DNA of 64,000 nt from an uncultured delta proteobacterium (GTDB lineage: Bacteria; Desulfobacterota; Desulfarculia; JACQYL01; CAWGVV01). Below the pieces are notes generated by a model, which saw only the letters and a list, made by a program, of their open reading frames with translations, ran no database searches and was not told where the DNA came from. A program made the translations under genes and the position numbers. Location: contig CAWGVV010000001.1 in NCBI GenBank assembly GCA_963826125.1, positions 1,232,635 through 1,296,634 on the forward strand, written 5' to 3'. Shown piece by piece: positions 18,488 to 26,541 of this stretch (position 1 is its first letter; the number at the start of each line of letters is the position of its first letter).

Positions 18488-19636
18488 TTACTTCTTGGGT
18501 TTTACGGAGAACTGAGGCCTGAAATCCTTGGGCCCGAACAGCATTTCATAGGGATACTTGTCGATGTTGGCCTTGGTGATGGTGGGGATGATGGGGCCGG
18601 CCCGGAAGGGGAAGTCCTTGCCCGGAACTTCGCCGTTCAGGATACGGACCATCGCGTCCACCGCCATCTGGCCCTGCGTAACGGTCAGATCGGAAGGAGC
18701 CGCGGCTACGGACCCGTCTTTGATCTTCTCGTACAGAGGCGGAATGATATAGGTGGAAACAACCTTGACTTCCTTGCGGCCCTGTTCGGCGATCGGACCC
18801 ACGGCGGCGTCGGCGGCCACGGCGTTCCCCACAATATAGTCAACCTTGGGGAAGGTCTTGAGCGCGTTTTCGATCAGTTCGAGCTGGACGTTCTTGCCGG
18901 TGTCGCCCCATTTGACGGCGAGGATGTTGATCTTTCCCGAGAACTTGGAAGTGGCATCCTTGAAGCCGTCAAGGGTGTCCGGCGCCCATCCGGAACCGGC
19001 CGGACCGGGCAGAAAAATCACGTTGACTTCCTTCTTGTCCTTGGCATCCTGCATGACGAATTCGCCGGCGTGGTAGCCCATGTCGAAAAAGGAAACCAGG
19101 GCCTTGGCCTTGATGGAGGGGGCCTGGATGTCGTTGATCACTTCAACGACCGGAGTGCCCTTCTTGACGATCTCCCCGACCACCGGGTCGAGAGCGGTAT
19201 AGGAGATGGCGCCCAGGATGATGCCGTTCACTCCCTGCTGGGACAGGTTTTCAATCTGGTCAACCTGCTTGGACAGCTCGGTATATCCGCCCGCCGCAAC
19301 GAGCTGTATGCCTACGCCCAGCCGTTCGGCTTCGGAAATGATGCCGTAGTTGACCGCCAGCCAGTAGGGGTCTTTGAGGTGGGGGAAAGAGACCCCGATG
19401 GTGTAGGGCTTATTGGCTTTTGCCGGGGGAGTCCAGTCTTCCAGTTTGGGGCCCTGCAGACTTTTTGAGGGGCGGCCGGGCTGTTTCTCCTTCACGTCGT
19501 ACTTGCCATAGTAGCTGTTGACCTTCACCGGCCACCACTTATCGGCGGCGAAACTCAAGCCGGCGCACAGGACAAATGCGATACTGGTGAGAAAGAGAAC
19601 ACTTCTCATTGCTTTCGGGGAACGCCACTTACTCAT
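18488..19636 (-). CDS. Periplasmic sugar-binding protein (RbsB-like, type I PBP) with signal peptide
   Basis: N-terminal signal MRSVLFLTSIAFVLCAGLSFA, then a PBP fold. 382 aa. Confidence 0.85.
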   Translation of the reverse strand: MSKWRSPKAMRSVLFLTSIAFVLCAGLSFAADKWWPVKVNSYYGKYDVKEKQPGRPSKSLQGPKLEDWTPPAKANKPYTIGVSFPHLKDPYWLAVNYGIISEAERLGVGIQLVAAGGYTELSKQVDQIENLSQQGVNGIILGAISYTALDPVVGEIVKKGTPVVEVINDIQAPSIKAKALVSFFDMGYHAGEFVMQDAKDKKEVNVIFLPGPAGSGWAPDTLDGFKDATSKFSGKINILAVKWGDTGKNVQLELIENALKTFPKVDYIVGNAVAADAAVGPIAEQGRKEVKVVSTYIIPPLYEKIKDGSVAAAPSDLTVTQGQMAVDAMVRILNGEVPGKDFPFRAGPIIPTITKANIDKYPYEMLFGPKDFRPQFSVKPKK

Positions 19637-19724
19637 ACCATCGCTCCTTTCGGTGTAACGGGTGGTTCGATACGGGAATCGTATCGATGGATCCTGCAGT
19701 TCCGCGTTACGGCGCCACGGACTT

Positions 19725-20060
19725 TCACGCCGTCTCTCTCACCGTCGACGCGTTTACCCCCTGAATGTTGCTTCCAACCCCCCTCTCGATGAATTCCAGA
19801 ACCAGCCTGTTGACTTTCGGCGTCGGCACCGACAGGACCAACCATTCGCGCCCCTGTTTGTCGCGAAGGATGGTTTCCCGTTCGACGGCGATGCCTTCGT
19901 CGGCCAGCAGCTTTCGTGGATCGATCACCGGACGTCTTTCCTGTATCTCAATGAGGATATGGGAAAGCTTCGGTGAAAGCGTCCTTGCGATGTGCTCCTG
20001 TAAGACCGTTTCCACGAACCATCGACCTCCCGCGGAAACATATCTCAAGAAGCATGCCAT
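19725..20060 (-). CDS. Hypothetical small protein (111 aa) leading the ABC/carboxylase array
   Basis: The track ORF begins at a TTG inside the operator region. The internal Met (MACFLRYVSAGGRWFVETVLQEH...) gives a compact, charged 111-aa product. Confidence 0.4.
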   Translation of the reverse strand: MACFLRYVSAGGRWFVETVLQEHIARTLSPKLSHILIEIQERRPVIDPRKLLADEGIAVERETILRDKQGREWLVLSVPTPKVNRLVLEFIERGVGSNIQGVNASTVRETA

Positions 20061-20254
20061 CGGCACTAATGGGGCTGCCACAGGCGAGGTACATATTTTT
20101 ATCTTACTGAAATATTTTCTCTTTAATCCATACAAGCGATATTTTGTGGGCCATATGGCAACCGACTTCAATTCCCTCCTACATGTGTACTTTTTATGCA
20201 TTTCTGCATCAAAAAAAGTCGAAACCGGGTGGAAAGCCCATGGCCAGCGGCTCA

Positions 20255-20288
20255 ATGCGTTAACGCATCATAATATGCGCTAACGCAT
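20255..20288. promoter_or_regulatory. Two tandem 14-bp palindromes (ATGCGTTAACGCAT and ATGCGCTAACGCAT, centres 20 bp apart), a candidate operator or UAS
   Basis: Read directly from the sequence between the σ54-activator stop (20332) and the first gene of the ABC/carboxylase array, in an AT-rich stretch. Confidence 0.55.
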
Positions 20289-20331
20289 CATAATGAACGG
20301 GCGTATGAAGGAAAAATTGAAACTGACAGGA

Positions 20332-22101
20332 TCAGACCGGAGCGTCCGGCAGGGCGACCCGATATTTACGCAACTTGCGGCTCACGGTCGACTGGTTCAC
20401 CCCCAGACGGCGCGCCGCTTCCCGCTGGGAACCGTACTTCCGCATGGCCTCGATGATGTGCTCCACTTCCACTTGTTCCACGATTTCGGGCAGAGGCTGC
20501 GGCTCCCCGCTCCCCCGCACGGCGGGGTCGAAGGAGACCGTCACTTCCGCCGGGAGATCGCCCGGCACAACGGTGTCCGAGGAACCCATGACCAACATGG
20601 ATTCCACGATGTTCTGCAGCTCCCGGACGTTGCCCGGATAGGAATAGTGCAGCAGGTATTCGAGCGCGTCACGGTCGATACGCTTGTGCAGTTGATGCTT
20701 TTCACCGATCTCCTTCATGAGGAAGGTGATCAGATCGAAGATGTCCTGGGTGCGTTCCCGCAGAGGAGGAATGTGCAGGGGAACCACGTTCAGGCGGTAG
20801 AAGAGGTCCTTGCGGAACATGCCGTTCCGTACCTGTTCCGCGAGGTCCCTGTTGGTGGCGGCGATGACCCGCGTATCCACCTGCCGGACTTCGGAGCCGC
20901 CCACGCGGACAAGCTTCTTTTCATCGAGAAACCGCAGCAGTTTCACCTGCTGGCTGAGCGGCACTTCGGCGATTTCATCCAGAAAAAGCGTGCCTCCGTC
21001 GGCCATTTCGACCAGCCCCACTTTTCCTTTTGGCCCCGCCCCGGTAAACGCGCCCCTTTCGTAGCCGAAAAGTTCCGATTCGAAGAGGGTTTCCACGATG
21101 GCCGCGCAGTCCACCCGGATGAACGGCCCAGCCGTCCGGTCGGATCGGCCGTGGATGAGCTTGGCCAACATGCCCTTGCCCACGCCCGACTCACCCGTCA
21201 GCAGCACCGTCGAATCGAACCGCGCCACCCGCATGGCCTTTTCGTAGACGGTTTCCATCACCTTGCTGCGGGAAATGAAATGGCTCGCCTCCTTTTCCCG
21301 GAGTTTCAGTCCGGAAAGCTCGTACCGGTAGAGGTCCACCAGGGCCTTGCTCTCTTCCAGTTCCGTCCGCATCCTGTCGAGTTCGGTGATGTCGCGGTCG
21401 TTGATGATGATGACGTCGATCTCGCCCTTGGGATTGAAGATGGGGCTGCCTGTGGCCAGTATCTTCTTGTTGGCCTTGGTGGTCTGCACCATCGTGACAG
21501 TGGTTTTCAGCTTCAACACTTCCAGGCTCACTGAGTTGCTGAAATATTTCTCCGCCACCAGATCGGCAACGTTCCGTCCGATGACCTCTTCGGCCACGCA
21601 CCCCGTAATGCGTTCGGCCGCCTTGTTCAACTTCACCACGTTTCCGTGCCGGTCGGTGATCCACAATCCGTCGTAGGAGGACTCCATGATCGCTTCGAGC
21701 AGATCGGCCATCTGCTTGTAGGAGTCCAGTTCCAGCGCCACTTTATCGTAGGAAAACACGCCCTGGAAAAAGGAAACCACCGCAGCCACGGTGCCTTCTA
21801 TTCGCACGGGCAGCCGGCTGGCGATGTAGAGCTTGTTCCGGATGACCGTACGGGCGCCGATCTGGGGAACCCCGTCCTCGAAGACCCTGGTCACGTCCGC
21901 CCATCCCGCTTCGTCAATGACTTCGGCGTGCCGGCCTTCAAGGTCGGTCAGGGGAATATTCAAAAGCCTTGCCGCCGAAGCATTCGCATACGCCACCTGT
22001 CCGGACGGGATGATCAGGGTAACGCCGTCGGGGAGAATGTCCAGGAGGTTACGAGCGGCCGCAAGAAATGTCGATACGCTGGGTGGAAGGGATATGTTCA
22101 T
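20332..22101 (-). CDS. σ54-dependent transcriptional activator (PAS-PAS-AAA+-HTH, NtrC family)
   Basis: GESGVGKGMLA Walker A, the GAFTGA motif (ERGAFTGAGPKG), a C-terminal Fis-type HTH (QREAARRLGVNQSTVSRKLRKY), and two N-terminal PAS domains. The start MNISLPP was chosen after removing a 97-aa low-complexity extension. Confidence 0.85.
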   Translation of the reverse strand: MNISLPPSVSTFLAAARNLLDILPDGVTLIIPSGQVAYANASAARLLNIPLTDLEGRHAEVIDEAGWADVTRVFEDGVPQIGARTVIRNKLYIASRLPVRIEGTVAAVVSFFQGVFSYDKVALELDSYKQMADLLEAIMESSYDGLWITDRHGNVVKLNKAAERITGCVAEEVIGRNVADLVAEKYFSNSVSLEVLKLKTTVTMVQTTKANKKILATGSPIFNPKGEIDVIIINDRDITELDRMRTELEESKALVDLYRYELSGLKLREKEASHFISRSKVMETVYEKAMRVARFDSTVLLTGESGVGKGMLAKLIHGRSDRTAGPFIRVDCAAIVETLFESELFGYERGAFTGAGPKGKVGLVEMADGGTLFLDEIAEVPLSQQVKLLRFLDEKKLVRVGGSEVRQVDTRVIAATNRDLAEQVRNGMFRKDLFYRLNVVPLHIPPLRERTQDIFDLITFLMKEIGEKHQLHKRIDRDALEYLLHYSYPGNVRELQNIVESMLVMGSSDTVVPGDLPAEVTVSFDPAVRGSGEPQPLPEIVEQVEVEHIIEAMRKYGSQREAARRLGVNQSTVSRKLRKYRVALPDAPV

Positions 22102-22313
22102 TGTTTCCGGGATCGGTGAGCGATTGCATCGTGTTGTTTCGTTGGAGGGAACATACCACAGCGGTGCGCGGAACGCAAAAGCTCGTGGAGGGGCTCCTTC
22201 CCTTCCGGGTTTCTTCTTTCCCGGAACGAACGGACGCCCGAGGGGGCGTCGGGGAGTTCTTCTCCGCCCTACCCGCCGCAGGCAGAGGAACAGCGTTCCC
22301 GAAGCGTTCCCCG

Positions 22314-22664
22314 CTAGGAGGTTTCGGTCATCCGGACGTCCTCCACCCTGAAAGGAGTACAGCTCACGCCGATGCTCTTTTTCTTCACCCATATCCTGGC
22401 CATGGTCACCGTATGGCCGTCATGATTGACCAGGCTGGGGAGCTTTTCCACGTAGCTGATGTCTTTGGCCAGGAATTCGAAGTACGGCGTGCCGGCGCTG
22501 AATGGATCGATGACCAGGATCACCTTCCGCGGATCATGTGGGTGTTTGTGCGGAGACCCGGTGTAGGCGACGTGCGTTTTCCCGATGGTGGCGAAATCCG
22601 TCGGGGCCTCGTACGATTGAATTTCGAATTTCTTCGCTGTCTGCGGAAATTCCTCCCCACTCAT
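22314..22664 (-). CDS. Hypothetical protein (116 aa)
   Basis: MSGEEFPQTAKKFEIQSYEAPTDFATIGKTHVAYTGSPHKHPHDPRKVILVIDPF... GGGAGGA RBS about 8 nt upstream. No recognisable family. Confidence 0.5.
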   Translation of the reverse strand: MSGEEFPQTAKKFEIQSYEAPTDFATIGKTHVAYTGSPHKHPHDPRKVILVIDPFSAGTPYFEFLAKDISYVEKLPSLVNHDGHTVTMARIWVKKKSIGVSCTPFRVEDVRMTETS

Positions 22665-23041
22665 ACCAAATCCTCCCGAAATGGAACTCTCGTATCCCCT
22701 CCGCGCGACTACCGATTCCGGCTTCGAGAACCGTCCCTCATCCGCGGATTCCGATTCCCATCCATCATACGTTCCAATTCCTCCTCGCACAACCGTTGTG
22801 TCGGCGACAGGTGTCCGGGGGTCCTTCCGGTTTTCTACAAAGAGGCCGACTTTGGTGATTTCCCTGATCAAAATACCGTGAAGTCCTGATAGCGGAAAAA
22901 CGGACGTTTCTTGTATTCATAGAACTGCCTCTGAGGTTTATCGTGCATCTGTCGAGTGGCTGTCCCAAACACCAACGTTGAGCACGCCGCCGCCATAACG
23001 GAGTCCTTGGAGGCATCCTTACTTTTCAGGAGTGATCGGTT

Positions 23042-23296
23042 ATGAACCCCGAATGGCTGAACGAGAAAATAAGTCTGGAAGAAGCTGAACAGGATCTCCA
23101 CGCACTTGACTACATACCGGATGAGAGCTGGAGTGAATTCGTCGCCCAAATGCAGGACGACGATCAACTCTGGTGGTTCACCAACACGCAGGTGTTCGGC
23201 GATCCTTCGACTGATGCGGCGGGCTACGCCATCGTGAGAAACGGAAAAATCGTCCGGAGCTGGCGTTTGGTCCTGCAATGGGAAACACTACAGTAG
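23042..23296 (+). CDS. Hypothetical small protein (84 aa)
   Basis: AGGAGTGA RBS, acidic N-half and Trp-rich (…DQLWWFTNTQVF…). No family recognised. Confidence 0.4.
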   Translation: MNPEWLNEKISLEEAEQDLHALDYIPDESWSEFVAQMQDDDQLWWFTNTQVFGDPSTDAAGYAIVRNGKIVRSWRLVLQWETLQ

Positions 23297-23632
23297 CGGC
23301 ACGACGCGCATTCCCGCACCTTTCTCCCACCTTCCCGCTCTCGGTTATACCCCTGCGCGGAGTACGTTCCCCCGCACCGAGAGCGTATCACCTGCTTCCC
23401 TGGCGTGAAACCGCCGACGGGTTGCTCTTTTTGACCCTCCGCCGGTCGCCGAAAACCCCTTCTATGGGGCCGCATCATCGTCTTGATTTCAGGTTTCCGT
23501 CTTGTGTTTGATTCCCATTGATCCTATGATGTATGACGTGCGTCCGGCCTCTTCGCGAAAGAGAAATTTTTCTTTTTAAAAGGGGCGATTTTTCCCTTGC
23601 TTTTGCGCCAAAAAACTGGATGATACGCGCCG

Positions 23633-23836
23633 ATGGAACCGATAGAAGAACCGAGACGCAATCCATTTTGCCGACATTACGACGACTGCCTCACGAAAGC
23701 CGCCATCAAGGGGGCCCGCGAACTGCCGTGCCACGGATGCGAGTTCGAGCACGATCAGTTCGGTAGACCGGACATCGAGGCCATCGAGCGTGATGAAGCC
23801 AATTGGGACGTACTATTCCACATCGACGGCGACTGA
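23633..23836 (+). CDS. Hypothetical small Cys-containing protein (67 aa; CxxxxC...CxxC)
   Basis: CRHYDDC...CHGC spacing suggests a zinc ribbon. Weak RBS. Confidence 0.3.
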   Translation: MEPIEEPRRNPFCRHYDDCLTKAAIKGARELPCHGCEFEHDQFGRPDIEAIERDEANWDVLFHIDGD

Positions 23837-24288
23837 TCTCCGCTCAAGCCGTCCGCTGCGGCGTACGGGGAACGGCCGACGGAGATGGGACCTGCGCCGT
23901 ACTTCGCTCTTTGCAGCGAGGCGAGGAGCTTCTTTTTTCCACACTCCGGGCGGCCGAACCGCCGGTTTTGTGGAGCAGGTAGGAAATGCCGCTTTTCATT
24001 CTAGCGCTCACGGATGCACGACTGAAAATAAAGAAGATCGGTTTCGACCGCCGGAGCGATGCGAAAAGAGAAGCGCGGAAAGCGGTGCAGGACGGGGTCG
24101 CCATTACCGCCACGGTTTTCGAGGATTTCGGTTTTCTGGGCCCCCCGATACCGGTTTATCGCATTTCCAAAGGAAAAAAACAGGGAAAAAAGCCGGTGGC
24201 GAATCGGTGATTCAACTGCTTCAGCCAATCATCCTCGGCATTAAACGCCGTACTTCTCACTTTCCATCCCTTCCCTTTCCGACCGGGC

Positions 24289-24459
24289 TCATTCCCACAA
24301 TGTTCTGAGTTTTTCCATGGTCTCCCGTGCGCGCTTTTCGCTTCCACAGTGAACGGTAAACCCCCGTCCCACCACGTACCACTGATCGTTCAATCGAATG
24401 ATCCGAAACGGACCGTCGACGGTGGCGTCGACACCTTCAGAGAGCTTGGTTTTATCCAT
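24289..24459 (-). CDS. Unlisted 56-aa ORF (MDKTKLSEGVDATVDGPFRIIRLNDQWYVVGRGFTVHCGSEKRARETMEKLRTLWE)
   Basis: Found by reading the minus strand; it is below the track's length cutoff. GGGGGAA RBS about 9 nt upstream and protein-like composition. Coordinates ±2 nt. Confidence 0.3.
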   Translation of the reverse strand: MDKTKLSEGVDATVDGPFRIIRLNDQWYVVGRGFTVHCGSEKRARETMEKLRTLWE

Positions 24460-24785
24460 AGAAAACCATTCCCCCGCCCAAGCGTTTCACTTTCCCGCAA
24501 ATCCCTGCTCGCCCATACGGTTCATCGCCGAAGCGCTGTTTCCCTTCCAAAAACCATGCCCGCCTTCGCACGGAAAATCAAGGCGAATTATAGGATTCTC
24601 GAAAATTGCCATGTATGATGGTGTATTCGCACCGTCCCTTATCCGTAGCGTCCGGGTTATTCCGGGGCGAGTGAATATCTCATGGACTCACTCTCATTTT
24701 GGGCCCTTCATTACCGTCACAGAAAAAAAGGGCGCATGCCCAAGGCAGCGCCCTACAATTTTTCCCGTGGGTTTCCGCCGCGGCG

Positions 24786-25100
24786 CTATCCGCAGGAACA
24801 GCTCCCGCATCCGCCGGACGAGGCAACGGGGTTTTCGGAGGTAATGGAAAAGCCGTTGCCCCGATCATTGCTCACGAAGTCGACGGTAATGGAATCCGCC
24901 AGCTTAATGAGATTCTTGTCCACGACAAAGGTATATGCTCCCTGAAGGAAAAGATCGTCCGTATCTTTTTGATCGTCCAGGAACAACCCGAAAGACCCAC
25001 CGCCGCAGCTCTGGGTCAGCGTAATTCTGATAGGAGTGATTTCCTTGTCCTTGAAATACTCACCAAGTGCAACACCGGCACCTTCCGTCATTTTTACCAT
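24786..25100 (-). CDS. HesB/IscA-like (A-type Fe-S carrier-like) small protein with atypical C-terminal GGCGSCSCG
   Basis: IRITLTQSCGGGSFGLFLDD...FVVDKNLIKLADSITVDFV...GFSITSENP resembles the IscA fold. AGGAGA RBS before MVKMTEG. Confidence 0.5.
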   Translation of the reverse strand: MVKMTEGAGVALGEYFKDKEITPIRITLTQSCGGGSFGLFLDDQKDTDDLFLQGAYTFVVDKNLIKLADSITVDFVSNDRGNGFSITSENPVASSGGCGSCSCG

Positions 25101-25182
25101 AGGACCGAATCTCCTCTTAAAGGTTATTGGCATTTTTTATAGTCACTATAGGTAGCATGTCAAGGTTTCGTGTCCCGTCTTT

Positions 25183-26397
25183 TCACCCCTCCCGCATCCA
25201 CAGCCACAGCCCCCCGATGGAGAGGGTGAGCAGGGTGACGGGGACGCCGGTCCTGGCGTGTTCCTTCCAGGACACCACCACACCGAACCGCAAGGCACGG
25301 TCGACCACGATGATGTTGGCAATAGAGCCGACGATGAAAAGGTTTCCCGCCAGCGTCGAAGAAAGAGCCAGTACCGGACCGGCCAGCCGATGGACGGCCG
25401 AAGGCAGGAGCAGCATCACCGCGGGTACATTGGAAACCAGATTGGAGAGAAGAACGCCGGCACAGTACAGCCATGCCGGATGTTGCAGGTCAACTCCCGC
25501 CGCAGCCGCCTTTTCCGTAATGATGTCCAGATTGCCCGTTGTTTGCATGGCGTGATTCACCACGAAGAGGGCAATAAACAGTATCAGCAGGTGCCAATCG
25601 ATGAGGCCCAGGATCTCCCTTGATTTCATGCGGCGGGAACACAGGAGAACGCCCGCGGCCGCCAGAGCCACCACTTCGCGCGGCCAGGGAGCGAACAGAA
25701 AACATCCGGCCACTCCCAGAACGACTACTCCCCCCTTGATCGTTTGCCACAGATCGAACGGAGGTGCGGGAATGTTCCGAACCGCTGCGGCCGTCCGCCA
25801 TCGGCTCCGGTATATGACGCAGATCACCGCCCAGACAACGACGAGGCCGAACAATGCGGGAGGACCGGCGTCCAGAAGGTAGGACGCGAAGTCCATCTGC
25901 AATACCTGACCGATGAGCATGTTCTGCGGATTGCCGATGAGTGTCGCCGCCGAGCCCACATTGGATGCGCACGCCAGGGCCAGGAGAAAGGGAACGGCGT
26001 TGAGATTGCGGAAACCGCTCGCTTCGATCAGAACCGGGGCCATGGCGAGACAGACGATGTCGTTGGCAAGAAGGGCGGACAACCCCCCCGCCGTGGCCGT
26101 CACAAGCGCCAGAAGCGATTGCGGTGAAATTTCCAACCGGGACATGCGACGAACGAGACGAAAGTAAAAGCCGCTGAGCTGAAATTGGACTGACACCACC
26201 ATGAGGCCGAAAAGCAGCGCGATCGTGGGGACGTTCACCGCCTCCCACATCTGCTCCACGTTCAGGACACCCAGGGCCGAAACGCAGATTGCCCCGAGCA
26301 GGGCGACTCCGGTCCTGTCGAGCGCAAGTCCCGGGATCCTTCCCAGCACCATTCCAGCGTACACAAAAGCAAACACGACGAACACCATGGTGTCCAC
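25183..26397 (-). CDS. ArsB/NhaD-superfamily anion permease (P-protein/CitMHS-like)
   Basis: 404 aa, about 10-12 TM, internal two-fold repeat typical of ArsB/NhaD. Confidence 0.75.
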   Translation of the reverse strand: MDTMVFVVFAFVYAGMVLGRIPGLALDRTGVALLGAICVSALGVLNVEQMWEAVNVPTIALLFGLMVVSVQFQLSGFYFRLVRRMSRLEISPQSLLALVTATAGGLSALLANDIVCLAMAPVLIEASGFRNLNAVPFLLALACASNVGSAATLIGNPQNMLIGQVLQMDFASYLLDAGPPALFGLVVVWAVICVIYRSRWRTAAAVRNIPAPPFDLWQTIKGGVVVLGVAGCFLFAPWPREVVALAAAGVLLCSRRMKSREILGLIDWHLLILFIALFVVNHAMQTTGNLDIITEKAAAAGVDLQHPAWLYCAGVLLSNLVSNVPAVMLLLPSAVHRLAGPVLALSSTLAGNLFIVGSIANIIVVDRALRFGVVVSWKEHARTGVPVTLLTLSIGGLWLWMREG

Positions 26398-26541
26398 AAC
26401 GGTATCCTCAGCCGATGAGAGAAAACCGGAACTGTCTATGCCCGGTTTGCAGTGGTGTCAAGACCGTGGAGTACATTCCCCGAGGGGCGTTTCGGGCGGA
26501 GGAGTGCCGGATTCGTGGGGCGTGTCGATTCCGGGGTTCGA

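Noticed and set aside
16875-18515. 546-aa plus-strand ORF
   Set aside because: Antisense to the tandem-ABC ATPase.
20062-20080. σ54-like element TGGCAG-N5-TTAGT on the minus strand just upstream of the 20060 start
   Set aside because: It lacks the near-invariant −12 GC and sits too close to the start codon. No other GG-N10-GC match was found in 20061..20331.
2118-20255. Possibility that the FGGY kinase plus CUT2 transporter form an Lsr (autoinducer-2) system
   Set aside because: There is only one permease gene, no LsrF/LsrG/LsrR homologues, and the transporter is co-operonic with the KipI/KipA/biotin genes instead.
20293-21534. 413-aa plus-strand ORF
   Set aside because: Antisense to the σ54 activator (GAFTGA and Walker motifs lie on the minus strand).
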